From: Camelus dromedarius
Lineage: Eukaryota
NCBI RefSeq assembly: GCF_036321535.1
Contig: NC_087437.1
Span: 96,102,001-96,166,000, forward strand
Reading direction: 5' to 3'
Length of the DNA stretch: 64,000 nt
A model generated the notes under the pieces. It made no database searches. It saw only the letters and a program-made list of their open reading frames with translations, and was not told where the DNA came from. The position numbers and the translations under genes were made by a program. Of the stretch, positions 27,546 to 41,125 are shown one piece after another (position 1 is the stretch's first letter; the number at the start of each line of letters is the position of its first letter).

Positions 27546-28083
27546 AAAAGCAATTACTTCTTGAAGGGTTATCTCTAAATTTTTGGTGACCATTACATGG
27601 AGACCAACATTGGTGGATTGTATAAAGACTTTTCTAATGACAATCTATTCAAAAATACAATCATAGAATGAGCACATTGAACGTTCATTATTTTTTATTT
27701 TCTCTGTGAGGAGATGTGGACATAGCAAGATCAAATGCTTCACTTCTCTGCTCCTTAATGGCTCAGCCAGAACTAAAATCAAAGAAGCCTGAATCTCACT
27801 TGATTTCATTTCCCACTAGTCCATTTTTATTGGAAAGTCTTGGCTTCCCTACCTCCAGAGCTCTTCAAAGAGACGACTTCCTACTTGTCAGGAGTATGAC
27901 ATAAAGGAGTACAAGGTTGGATGGAGCATTTGACTTGATGATATATAAGCACCTTTCCAACACCAAGAAGTTATGACTGTCTTAAAAAAGACATGTGTTT
28001 GACCTATGAGAAATAACAGTCTTCTCTATTCTGCACCACTTAGACTTCTCTGGGGTCTCTGTCTCCCAGACTAGTAATTCATA

Positions 28084-28108
28084 TAGATAGATAGGTAGGT
28101 AGATAGAT

Positions 28109-28177
<69 letters not shown>

Positions 28178-28182
28178 GTAGG

Positions 28183-28226
<44 letters not shown>
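28084..28226 (+). repeat. Compound (GATA)n/(GGTA)n tetranucleotide microsatellite, ~143 bp
   Basis: Directly visible. Confidence 0.98.
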
Positions 28227-28789
28227 ATTTTAAATATTACAGTATTTTAGTTAATTTTCCCTCAAAGAGACTGAGAACTGTAGCACGCATCCATGTGTTC
28301 ACCGATTCATTCAACTGATAGTTGTCAAGAGCCCAGATGTGCTTCAAGTTTTTGGACGTGTAAGGAACTAAGGCTATTTAACTTCATTTAATCCAATCCA
28401 AATTCTCCCAAGTATATTTCCATCTTACTTAATTTTTATACTTATTCTATTTTTCTTAATGCTAATTTTTACATGTTTGAGAAAGGTTAAGAATTATTTT
28501 GCTCTTTATCCTTAAATTACAGATTAATCAAAAACATTAAAAAATGGGAATATATCATGATCCTAGAAGGGTGTAGGAACTTTGTTACAAGGCTACATTG
28601 GTGAGCTGGAAATATTTAATTGTCGCTAAGTGGACTATTTGCTTTCTTTTTCCATGATTGTAGCTAAAATATATGAGATGCTTCGAAAAAAAAACTAAAG
28701 CAAAAGGCAAATATTTTCCCGAAGAAAGAGCATTCTAATGTTAATGGCTGTTTCTATACAAAATGTTGAGGACAGCAATACCAGGTATG

Positions 28790-29030
28790 GTTGGGAGGGC
28801 AGATCTGTCACCAAACTGCCTAGGTTCATGTCTCAGTCTGCGCATTTCTTTATTCTTACCTAGGGTGAGTTACAAAGCTCTTCACGCTCTCTTCATTTGT
28901 AAAAGGGGATGATCATAATAGTACCAATTTCATGACGGTTACAATGATGAAAGTAGTTAAGATTCCTACCAGTACTTAGAACAATGCTTTGCCCCATGTT
29001 TGTGCAGTATAAGCATTTGTTAATTAAAAT
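28790..29030 (+). mobile_element. MIR SINE remnant
   Basis: ctgcctaggttca...cttcatttgtaaaaggggatgatcataatagtacc...gtacttagaacaatgc. Confidence 0.75.
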
Positions 29031-29801
29031 GTGAACATGTAATAATACTTTAACAATATGCCTCTTTCTTGTGATTGATTACAAAGCTCAGTTTTGTATA
29101 ATCACATGATATTTTCTTTGAAAATGGATGAATAAATGGCTTTAGAATTAATTTAGGCATAACAGTAAACTGTCCATTTACTTCTCTTTCTATTTTTAAA
29201 TCCTCTAAAACTTTGGAACTCGGATGATTTACTATCACCATAGAACGCAATTAAACGTAATCTACACTGTCTACTTAATATCTCGTTAAACTTAATTTTT
29301 ATCTTAGGTTCTTTGCTTTGGAGATTTTGTGAAAACTTTCATCACTCTAGGGGTGGAGTGGGGATATGTTCATAAAGTTTCATAAGATTTTCAGTATTAC
29401 CATTCACTCATTTTTAATCCACCTAAATTTAAACATTTTTGTAGTGTAAAATAGGCATCTAGATTTATTATTATTCATATAATAAGTCAATTTTCCCAAC
29501 ATCATTTATTAAGCCAACCATATACAACAGTGTCTGTATCCTCGTCATACACCAAGTGTCCATATGTTCATGGGTTTATATCTGGGCTCTTGAATGTAAC
29601 CCATTCATCTATTTCTTTTTTCTTTTCCCGTGCCTTACCACACTTTTAATCTTTATTGATATATAGTAATAGACCTTCTTTACTGAGCAATATGTATCAT
29701 TTATGATGATAATTATAAGCTATAGAGTGTAATGAGAATGCTAATTTAAAACAAAGAAACAAAAGTGAAAGGAATCCAGTCACTGAAAAGTGAAGTAAGT
29801 C

Positions 29802-30257
29802 AAAAAGAATAAAATAATGCCATTTGCAGCAACATGGATGGACCTAGAGATTGTCATTCTAAGTGAAGGAAGCCAGACAGAGAAAGAAAAATATCATATG
29901 ATATCACTCATGTGTGGAATCTAAAAAGAAAAAAGAGAACAATAATGAACTCATCTCCAAAACAGAAACAGACTCACAGACATAGTAAACAATCTTACGG
30001 TTACTGGGAGAAAGTGGGTGGAAAGGAATAAATTTGGAAGTTTGAGATTTGCACATGTTAGCCTCTATATATAAAAATAGATTAGAAAACCAAGTTTCTT
30101 CTGTATAGCACAGGGAATTCTATTCAATGTCTTATAATAACCTTTAATGAAAAAGAATATGAAAATGAATATATGTTTGTATATGCATGACTGGGACACT
30201 GTGCTGTACATCAGAAGTTGACACATTGTAACTGACTATACTTCAATAAAAAAAAAA
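29802..30257 (+). mobile_element. LINE-1 3' end (ORF2 C-terminus, 3'UTR and poly(A))
   Basis: atgccatttgcagcaacatggatggacctagagattgtcattctaagtgaa (FAATWMDLE motif)...cttcaataaaaaaaaaa. Confidence 0.95.
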
Positions 30258-33200
30258 TGTGGTTGAACATTGATACTCACATGAAAAGCTTATTAATTCT
30301 CAAAGTGAAACTATTGTTAGAATTACAAGTCTAATCTCCATGAGACTGACCATATGTGACATTCAGACAGCTGTTTTAGCCCATTGATAACCATTTAAGA
30401 TACTCTATTAAATTATCAATGCAAAACTTGATCATTAGCAATAAACCATGAAGAATTAGAATTGTCAATGGGTCCCAGAAGCCCCAGTGTCGCCCTGACA
30501 GGTGGAGTACGCAGAGCACGCCACCCTCACTTTTCTCAGGCTTGGTTGTAGACCTGAGATAAGAAAGGGAGTGAGTGAAGAGTTTGACAAAAGGAACGGA
30601 ATCACTTAAAAAATGTAAATAACCAAAAAGCTGCTGCACACGTGGTACAGCTTTGTCTAGGCTCTGTTATCTCCAGACAGCATTTCAAAAATGTATCCCT
30701 TTCGATCTGTCACCAATGTTGTGATCATCCTTTATCCCGGATTTTCATAAGAATTCTGAAGGATTTGAGGAAGACCAATTAATCAATGCCAGAGCGGATA
30801 ATGATTTATGACCAGAGTAAAAATAGGAGTGCCTACGTTTCAATGCAGTCCCTTCTCTCTGTTGATCAGAATTTTTTTTTTCTTTCTCTTGGCGTGACTC
30901 CAAACATCTTTCTGGCAAAGAGGGTGTATTTTTTGAGATAGCGAAGTTGTTTATTGAGCCACTGAGTTCAATCAGCATCAGTAACTCCTGCAGTACCAAG
31001 GAAAATTGGAAAGAAAAGGCTTAGCGTAAATCTTCGAATATGGAGTAACTCATCAGCTGGTTCAGCAAGTCACAGAGAAGGTCTTATAATGTGAACACAC
31101 TGTGTATATGGAGGGTGTTTGTGCCTGTCTGTTTTAATATATACGGGACAGTCTTTTCCTATCCAAGGACTTTTATTATGCTGCCACATTTGTACCCAGG
31201 TATTTTGATGGTACTGCTGGCATAGCCCTCCCAGCCAAAATAAAGGGTGCGTATAATTTTTCCTTGAGTTCTACTTTTATCCTTCAAGACGTCTGGTTCA
31301 AATATTCAATTAGATTTTATCACCTTTGTTTCCAAATCATAAATTGTTTGACAAATACCATATCATTGATGTGTATCACAGACTCAGATAATATCTTATT
31401 TCTTTGATGAGTGATTATGGGACACTAGCTTTATACTGCTGAGATTTATGTTACTCTTTTCAGCAAGAGCTACTGTGGGATGGTGAAATGAACAGTAATA
31501 AAGTTGGCAGGCTGAATGCTGCAATGTGTGTCTAATGTCTGAAAAAGGAGTCTGCTTTTATGCAAATACAAATTGGCTGTGAAGCTTGTAATTCTACAAT
31601 CCAAACATCCAGCATGTGTCCTCTGTGTGACCCACTGTGATTTGAAAGACAGAGTGGAGACAACGGGTGGAGGGGGCAAGGACTGAGAAGGAAAATATGA
31701 ATGTTATTTGTCGATATTTGTTAAAGGTCAGTGCCTATTAAAGAAAGAGACAGGAATGGAACTACTGCTAAATTACCATCTCAGCAATAAAAGAATAAAG
31801 AAATGTTGTTATTATTTTTCTATAGCAACAATAAGGGTTAATTAATATCCAACACTGCCTTTGGTATTGAGTAAATAGATGATTTCATTTTATTAAGTGT
31901 TGCTGTGAATACTAACAGTACCCCTTTTGTGAGAAGGAATAATAAACGACAGGGAGGGAGCTATGCCTGGTAAATCTGACCTGTAAAAAAAGCCTGCTGA
32001 AATCTGAGAGTGGCTACCCAAGGGCCATTTTGAACCATATTAAAGAGGTTACTGAGTCCCCAGTAACAGTAAGTGTGAGAGCTGGAATCTCTCTCTCTAT
32101 ACTCTTGTCCTGACTGTCTATTTGGTCTGCCCAATACTCTCCTTCTTCAAGAATTCTTGCTATCTGTTAATGGTTCTCTCAGTAGAGGCCATGTTTTCAG
32201 GACTCCATCTCCCAAGTACCGTCATTGGTCCAAGAGTGAGAACCTGACCACAGCTGGTGAAAATAGAATTCCCTGATGCTGAAGTAACTAGTGCAGGCGT
32301 GGGAACCCCATCCTACCAGACTAATCAGGATAAGTCTGTGTCTGAGGTTCAAAAACTTGAGGCAAAAAACATAGAAACTATTAAAATCTATATTTTCTGC
32401 CATATAAAGGAAAACTTTATAGCTTTTATATATTGAAAAAAAGATAAAAATAGACAAATGGCAGCTCAGTGAGTGCATTAGTCCTTTGAGCCCTGTTTCT
32501 AGGAGTCGTTAAGCCCCAGCTGCACCCTCAACTTTCTCATACATTGGATGTTCATCTATACCTTCTATTCCTTGAGCTAAAGCATTCCTAGCTGTGCCTA
32601 ATTAATTCATTTTGGGGTTTTGTAATCTGCAACCTGGAGTTCTGATATAATTCCCAAGGTCAATGATTTTCAGGTATACTGGAGAGAAGGATTGTTACAT
32701 ACTCACTACGCTGTATATAAAAAATCATAGTACCAGATTTGAGTCTAGAATTTTTTCTTAATCAAAATCATTTTTATATACTGTATTTCAAGGGTTAAAT
32801 AATGTTGAAGAGCTTTTAATATTTAAGTGTGGCACAAATTAGTACAGACACAATTTTATTCCTTTCATAATATGGTTCCATCAAAAGTATTAAATCTCTT
32901 TATTCCAGCTTACAAAAACTTTGTAGGTTTTCTATATACAAATTAGTACAAACTTAGTAGGGTGACCACTAAGTGAAAATATAAATGGCAACTTACAAAT
33001 GGAGAGATTCAAGTTGCTTATCTCTTTGCAGAACAAGTTCTGTGATAGTTTCCTCTGTTTTTTTGGTTGTTGTTGACCAGAATCATTTGCAGCTACCATG
33101 GAGCAAGCACTGAAGATGGAACTCACAGTCTTGTGGAAGGAAATAGTAGTGAAATACAAACAGCACGGATGCAGAGACATGAGAGAAGAATACCTATCTA

Positions 33201-35899
33201 ACAGGGTGATATTGTGAATATAAACGGAATTCAAATTCAAGGAAACATCTCTCGGAAAAAGAAGGCACTCCCTGTACAGTAGGTACAGGTGAAATCGTTC
33301 TCCATCCCAATTCCATGCTTCTTATTTGTGTGGATTTAGACTCCTTACATGCACTCTTGTCCTTTGCTTCCTCTTCTCTGTCTCCTTCAACTCTCTATCG
33401 ATAAATCCACTGATTTCCCATGTGCAGATTTAGCATCCCCAACTTCCTTGAATTAATCCCAATTGAGCCAGCGTGTATTTCCATAGCAGCCATAACACCT
33501 TCTCTTTAATTCCAACCTAATCCAGTGGGGCTTTGAATTATGTTCCCATACTTATCATTAAGGGTCCAGACATTCCTCTCTCCCACGTGTCCCTTGCTGT
33601 TAATTTCTGTAAAATAGAAATAATGCTGCATATCCCATGGGGGTCACTGTAATGATTAATTTTTAAAATGGAGAGAAACTGCTCAGGCAAATGACTCTCA
33701 TAGTGTATCCTATTTACTCTATGTGTTACTTGCTTTCTTACTAGCATTGTTGTTACTCTTCATTATCTGCAGCCATCATCTTCCAGGGCCAAGTGATGGG
33801 CACTTCTGTCTCACCCAAACTAATGATCTGGTATTTGCACCAGTTTTCAGGACTGTTATTATTTCAATATTCCCCCACCTTCTTAGCTCATTAGTTCAAC
33901 AATACAGTCATTCAGTTAATATTTTTCAAAAAGACACAGGAAAAAGGAGGCATATGTTAAAGACAAGAAATGGGCCGATGAGGCAATGGGGTAGCAAAGA
34001 TGACTTAGCCAGTTCAGCCTTGAGAAGGATGGAGGTAAACTGGGTGGTCATATCCACACATCATAATGAGGACATGGGCATTTATTCCTGAACTGGGGTG
34101 AGAAGGACCAAAGGAAAGGAGTCAGATTATCTTGTGAGTTTTTCCAAACTATATAATCATAATCTCTGCCCTCAAGAAGTACATAGTATAGGAGGAAAGA
34201 CTGACTCTTAAACATGCAATGTAATACAGGGTCCTAAGCATTATATCTGTATGAATAGTACATGTAATACATAATGTTTATGAAAACATATTACATGTGA
34301 TGATGCACTGTGCCAAATTTATTGGTATGCTGGAGCTGACTCTTACCTGCACACAAAATCCAATCTGCTACATATCCATTCAACTCTACTTTCAGTGAAA
34401 TCATAATATTACAAATCAGGTCAGTTTTTTTAACCTGGAGATCAGGGTTGTTTTTTGTTTGTTTGCTTGTTTAATACTTACCAGAGTAAGATAGCCTAAA
34501 TCATTTAAATCCATCATCTTATTTTCTTATTTATACTTAATCCCATGATGTGGGTACTATTATTATCTCTTTTTCACAGATGAGTTGTTTTGAAGTTTTT
34601 GTGACTTACCCAAGGAAGTTAGTGATCATACCAAATTTTGAATTCAGTCTAACTCCAGAGTCTGAAACTCTAAATATGTTACAGAGGAGGGCTGGATCTG
34701 GAGATGGTACCTTTTCTGAAAAATTTTCACAAAACTGCTGCTGAATTTTGGTTTGACCAGAAATAGGAATGGGCTGCAAAGATATGGGGAAGCAGAGAAG
34801 CTGAGTGTTCTAGCTCTGATTTTTGCTCTAAATGATAGAGGAAAAGGAGATAAGAAACAGTTTTGTTCCCTTCACGCTAAGATTGACCTGATTTTAGCTT
34901 ATCTCTGGTTGCATTTTTATGAATTAAAAAAAAAAAAAAAGCCCTTCTCACTAACTCACAATTCCTTTCTTCTAACTGGAAATTCCTTTCTTCTAATTCC
35001 AGACCAATGCCTTGGGTTATTTTTGATAGCTTTCTTTCTTTTAGGTGCACATTCAATTAATCAGCAAATATGAGGTCTACTTTAAAATTATATCCGCAGT
35101 CTGACCACTATTTATCAGTCTTCAGTGATAGCAACCTCCCCCGAGCTACCGTTATCTCTTACCTGCGCTGGTCTTTTTGTTAGTCTCCTTGATTCCATTT
35201 CTTGTCCCATAGAGATATTCCTTCACAAAGTAAAATAAAATCACGTCATTTCTCTGCTTAAAACTCTGTAATGGCATTCTGTCTCACTCAGGATAAAGTC
35301 CCAAATACTTACCACAGTTGGCTGACCTAGTTGACCCTGAATATCATGAGGAGGTAGAGTTGCCCTCCACACCTGGGGCAGGGGGAAGTATGTCTAGAGC
35401 TCTAGGAAGGTGTGCTGGGACTGGAAGGAGGCCAAGTACAGACTTGTAGGCCAAGTCCTACTTCAATCTCAAAGGGCAGATAGTCAGTCTATAGACAGAG
35501 TTTCTCACACCTCAGAGTGGTCTAGATCAAGGTCTAAGAGAGTAGAAAATTCATATCTTCACCCCGTAATTATTGTCTAAGGGCTCTGCTTGGAGGGACA
35601 TAAGTTCCAAGGCAATTCTCACCCTATTTGTGTGAGTAGAGTGAGCTCAGCATCCCGGGGACAGTCCTATGCACAAAAAATGCAGGTTTTGGCTATTGGA
35701 ATCAGAGTGAAATGGAATTTGTAACGTGGTCCCAGAGAACATGTGTGAAGCACAGTGTCTTCTACAATGTACCCATTTCAAGGCGAGATCCATTCAGTCC
35801 TCACATTAAATTCACTGCACTGATTCTTCAGGACGGTGCCCAGTCACCTTTCTAAATATAATACTCAAAAGAAAGATTAGCTGGCCAAGCTACAGCCTT

Positions 35900-38800
35900 C
35901 ACTGCTGAGGTTGGTCCTGAGGCTTAGGTGATGTTCATCCTCTGCCTCCTTTCTCTCACCCTTGGCCAACTCTTCTGCTGCTCTGGGTTAATTAGATCGT
36001 TGGGGGGACCCAGATCTTTATACTTCAAGGTACAGAGTCCTTGGTACTATGCCCTCATTTGGCTATGATGGTTCATGGCTAACACAGGCTTGAGATCACC
36101 AAGGATGCAGCAGTGTATTTCCAGAGGTTAAGACAGACTACTTTCTGAATCTTTGTATAGAAGCAAGTCCATCACCTCATAATGATCAGAGTCCATTACC
36201 ACTGCCAAGGTGGTAACTTCCTCACCTGCTGGTCTACTGGAGTGAGGAGCTCAAAATGGCCAGGTGGAAGTCTTAACTGTAGAACTCTAGACCCACCAAA
36301 TTTAAAATTGCAAGGACAAGAAGCACACATTTTCTAAATGGGTCACTGGGAGTGCTGGCAGGAGGGATCAATTCTACTTTCATTCTATCTTTTCTAGACA
36401 TATATATATTCTAATTTTCAGGGACTTCGGACAAAATGGCCATTCACTACAGGTATATACCATATCTGGAACCAATCCTCCAAACTAGCAAGGGGTTATT
36501 TGCAAGTTGGAACTTTAGCCATGCCTTTGAACGGTCCTTGAAGCATTATATCAGACTGGCCAGCTGTGGGTGCTACAGAAAATAGTAAGGCCAGTGATCC
36601 TTTGAGCCATGCACAGTATTATAATCACTTTTCTGAAAAACATATCCATTGGTCTGAAGAAATATTACACAAGATAAAATTTCAGTAAACCAGACACACT
36701 GTAAGACTCTAAATACTGACCAAGACATTAATGGCTGGAAAGGAAAACACATAACAGCCCATTCCAGAGTGGATGGGGTCTGGTTTAACCAACCTGCCAC
36801 CACGTGGCTGATGGGTCTTGAGAACTGATAACATATCAAGAGCCCAGCAACAAACTTCGTTGCTGACAAGTCAGATACTTAGCAATGATCGTAGCTGTAT
36901 CAAGCTTGTAAGAGTAAAGTCCATGCTATATTCACATACAGCCACCATCTCTTTTGTCATGACGAGTCCATTTATGGGTCTGTTCTGTGAGCACTGGCAT
37001 GAATAAACACAGAGCGAGGCTGGCATAAACTAGATGAGTCATTCTGTCCACCTACTTGTTTAGTGCCTCCGATGCAATGCGTTGTCTCTGGTTGGCATTA
37101 ATGTGGTCCACAAAAGTCTGCACACACTGTTCTGCTCACTCCCATGAGTCCATCCATATGCCCTTTCTCTAGACGTTCTCTCTCAGTCTTGCTCTCTCGA
37201 AGCCACTGATCAACCAGCCAAGCCTTTTATTACTGGTCAGGAATCTGTGTATGTCCTTACCATAGGCCACTTCTTTCCCAAGAGAAATAGAAGACCAGAT
37301 GCTCTACACAAGCTCTGCCTCCTGGGAGGATTTCTCTAGCCACTGTCTTTCAGGACCCCTTAGGCACAGGGTTGTGATGTGGCAGGAATGTCCAGACCAT
37401 CAAGATCCCCTTGGACTATATCATGACATAGCAGGAGAGTTAAATTGTCCCAATCAGACTATATATTAGTTACTCTCTGCGCCTCCTATAAGTATATTCA
37501 TCTCAATTAAAAATTCAGGGACTTGGGGGGTGGGTAGGGTATAGCTCAGCAATAGAGCACACACACAAGTTTCTGGGTTCAACTCCTGGTACCTCCGTTA
37601 AACAAACAAACAAACGAATGAATGAATAAATAAATAAACCTAATTACCCCCACAAAAAAAACTTCATGGGCTGGGAAATGACCACAAGGTGAGACAATGT
37701 TTCATCTACTGGATAAGGACCTCTGTTACCACATGGCATTCCACTATAATGAGTGTCCACAGTGGGATTTGGGGTTCTTGGTATCATGTTAGCTTGGACC
37801 TTGTAACCAACAACTGTCAAAAATTCTATACATTTCTCCAATCCCAGTGGACGTAGATCCCTTTGGATAAGGATTGGGCGAATTGCTGCTGCACAGCAGT
37901 GTTCTTCTTCAAGTGCACCTGCATCTTTTTCAATCAAGCTCAGGCCTGGAAACTGGATGAAGGATAATGATTTTCCACTGGGGTGGTTAATATCGGTTCA
38001 ATCTTTTTTGATTATATATATTAAGTCACACCGTGTTGGTCGTCCATTTATCTGGTTCTTGAGAATGCCATGGAGTATGAGCCATCATTCATCACTGAAG
38101 TGGGTCAGAGCCCCCTGCTTTCCATTTCAACCTTATGACCCATAATGGTAAATACATTGTGTGTCTGATAATTAAATGCTACCACCTGGCTGCTGCTACT
38201 CTGTAAACCTGTCATTCCCATAACAGGAGTTCAGTTTCCCAACATTTTCTATTATTAATATTGTCCGTTAATGGATAGACATCACTCCACTACTGAACTT
38301 CCACATTGCTGGTTCCTCTCTCACTAAGTGCTTTTCTTAGTAAAAATGAGTGTCCTCTCAGCTCTCCCAAGAAACATAGCTATTTGGTAGGTTGTTTGCG
38401 CTAATATAATGATATATTCTTGCATATCTATCTCTCTGAGTATTTTTGGTCCTTCCTCAACATTCTGCCAAAAGCAGCTCTGTCATCTTCAGATACTTTA
38501 ATGTGGATCATCATTATTTCCATCTTTCCAAGAGCCATCCCAACTATGTATCAAGACCAAGCCCTTGCTAAGGGGTTGAATCTGAATCATGGGAAAGAGC
38601 TGTCTGTATCATCCAATTCTCCCAATCCAGCTTTATATACAACTCACTTTGTCTAGTACTTTCAAGCCCTAGTTGGGTTTTGTTGATTTTAGCTGCTACA
38701 TACCGTCCAGGTCTTACTGTTCTTTTGGTGAATAATAACTCTCCTCCCTTAGTAGAGTCAGTACTTCCCAGTTGGGACATCCTAGGACTTAACCTTACTT

Positions 38801-39680
38801 ACGGTGTCCTAGCCGGGGTGGGGGTCACTCCTTAGGGGAGATTTCAGCATGATCACAGGCGAAGATATGCTTCTGCATGGTCTTTAGGAAAGAGACATTT
38901 CTATCTTCAAGCAATAGTAAGTGGCCCCTTCTGTAGACACAGAGGGTTCAAGGTAATCTTATGTTCAGTGTATTCAAATGCATTCACTCAAATATCTCCT
39001 TTGAAGGTCATAGGTTGTCACTGCCTTTCTGACTTTAGAGTAGAGACTTGCCAAGGCTATGAATTCATCATTATTTGTAGTTCTGCTATACTCACCCTTG
39101 AGTTCTGGGCCTGAACCTCAGCATGGTCCAGCTACAGGGGATGAGAGTCTCTATTAGTGATGCCATGGAAAGCCTTTTCATTCACATCACAACTTGGGTT
39201 GGTCATTGACTGACCTGAGTTTGTCACTTTCTTTCTTTAGCTCATAATTGACACCTAGCAAAAAATAATTAATTCCACAATTCTAAAAATAACCATTTCG
39301 CTACATTACTTAAATGTTACAGATACTGCATAAGCCTCTTCCACCTTCTTCCCATCCTAATTTGCCAAAGTGTAATGTCTTGTCCTTTATAAAGCAGTGT
39401 TGTGCCAGGAGTTAACATCCATCCAATTTTCATCCATAATTGCTATCTGGCTGGTGAGTGACCCCACCCCAGAATTCCATTCTGGCCACTTATTTTCTAA
39501 ACCACCCCTGTTAATGACTGTGTTATATTGAATTCTCTGGAATCATACTCTGAGACAAGGTTTGTGTGAAACGGAGTTACTAGAAAGAATTCACTGAAAA
39601 AAATTGGTGCAGAAGTAGGGGAACAAAACTTGGAAAAAATGGTAGTCAAACAAGGTTATGATATCAAGAAAATCCCTGCA
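35900..39680 (-). mobile_element. Degraded ERVL-class internal region (gag/pol/integrase remnants) with a partial LTR at ~39518-39680
   Basis: Long repeat-like block of broken ORFs with ERVL-like nucleotide motifs; interrupted by a SINE at 37525; boundaries approximate. Confidence 0.65.
37525..37662 (+). mobile_element. tRNA-derived SINE (camelid type)
   Basis: gggtatagctcagcaatagagc (A box), gggttcaactcc (B box), AAAC/AATG/AAAT tail and aacctaattacccc 3' motif. Confidence 0.88.
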
Positions 39681-39683
39681 GGT

Positions 39684-40460
39684 ACCAAATTAACTTTTCA
39701 TTGCTGCATAGCAATTTATCACAGCTTAGTAACGATGCCCAATTATTAGCTTAAGTTCTGTAGGTCAGAAACCCAGGAAGGCTCAACTGCATTCTCTGCT
39801 TAAGGGACTACAAGGCCAAAATCAAAGTATCAGCCAGGCTGAATTCTTATCTGGAGACTCTTGGGGAAAACCAACTTCAAAGTGTACACAGGTTGTCAGC
39901 AGAGTATAGTTTCTTGCCAGTGTGGGACTAGAATCCTTGTTTTCTCGTTGGCTGTGCCCAGGGGTGACTCACAGCTCCTAAAGGCTGCTCCACAGTCTTT
40001 GCACATGGCCTCCTCTATCTTCAAGGACAGCAGTGAGCCTTGGAATCTTTCTTGTGCTTCATATCACTGACTTTCCCTTCTGTTACCCGTGTGGTTAGGT
40101 TAGGCTCACCTATTATAAAAGAACATAGTTCCTATGTGATTTTGAGGCTGTTTGATACAAAGGCTTTCTGTAGGGTATTTATCTCCCATTTGGTTTATGT
40201 AGCCTTATTATTCATTAGAACACATTCCAGCTCCTTGACCATCTGAGGTGAATGCCTATGTCTACGTACTGTCAAAACTCAAATTAAATCTGACATGTCC
40301 ACAAGGTAGTTGGAGTTAATGTCTCCTTATAATAAGGTCAACTGATTAGGAAACTTAATGAAATCTGAAAAATCCCTTTGCCACATAACATAAGACAGTC
40401 ACAAGACTAACATCATGGGGCAGAGATCACAGACACATCTCAGAATTCTGTCCATCAGAG
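39684..40460 (-). mobile_element. MaLR MLT1 LTR interrupted by a ~210-bp insertion at 40111-40320
   Basis: cattgctgcatagcaa...agttctgtaggtcagaa...cacatggcctcctctatcttcaa...taaggtcaactgattagg...atccctttgccac. Confidence 0.8.
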
Positions 40461-40644
40461 TCTGCTATAGAATTTCCAACAACAAATATTTTAATCCATT
40501 TCTTTATCTATAAAATTAAGAGAATGATAACATCTGATTCACTGGATTGTCAAAAGATGAGAAGAGAAATTCATTTAAAAATACTTATTGTAGTGCTTGG
40601 CTCATCATGAGCAATTCACTTAGCTAAAAGAACTTTTAAAATTC

Positions 40645-41125
40645 TGGTTGCTAGTCTCGAAAGATGGACCTCAAAGCACCGAGTCTGCTAACACTCATGT
40701 CTTTGTATAGTTTCCTTCCTTTGAATCTGGGCTGACTCTTGTGATTCACTTGTAATAAATAATATGTGACAGAAAGAATGCTGTCTGATTTCTGGTGCTA
40801 GGTCGAAAGAACTCTAGTAGTTTCTATCTTGGTCTCTTGGAACCCTTGCTCCAGGGATGGCCAGCTTCCTGAGAATGCCATGTTCTGTGGATGCCCAAGC
40901 TAGCCACGTGAGGTGGTGGCATGGAGAGAGAGACTCCTAGGGAGCCCTAAGTTGTCCCATCTCGGGCAGACGGCACACCTATGATTGAAGAACATGTCTT
41001 ATATTTCCACTTTCAACTGCCAACATGTGACTGCAACCTCATAGGGAACTTACAGAACCAGTAAAGGTGATAGTAAATGGTTGCTTAAAACAACTAAGTC
41101 TGTCATGGTTAGTTATGCAACAATC
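40645..41125 (+). mobile_element. MaLR MLT1 solo LTR
   Basis: ccttcctttgaatctgggctgac...gcccaagctagccacgtg...aactaagtctgtcatggttagttatgcaacaat. Confidence 0.8.
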
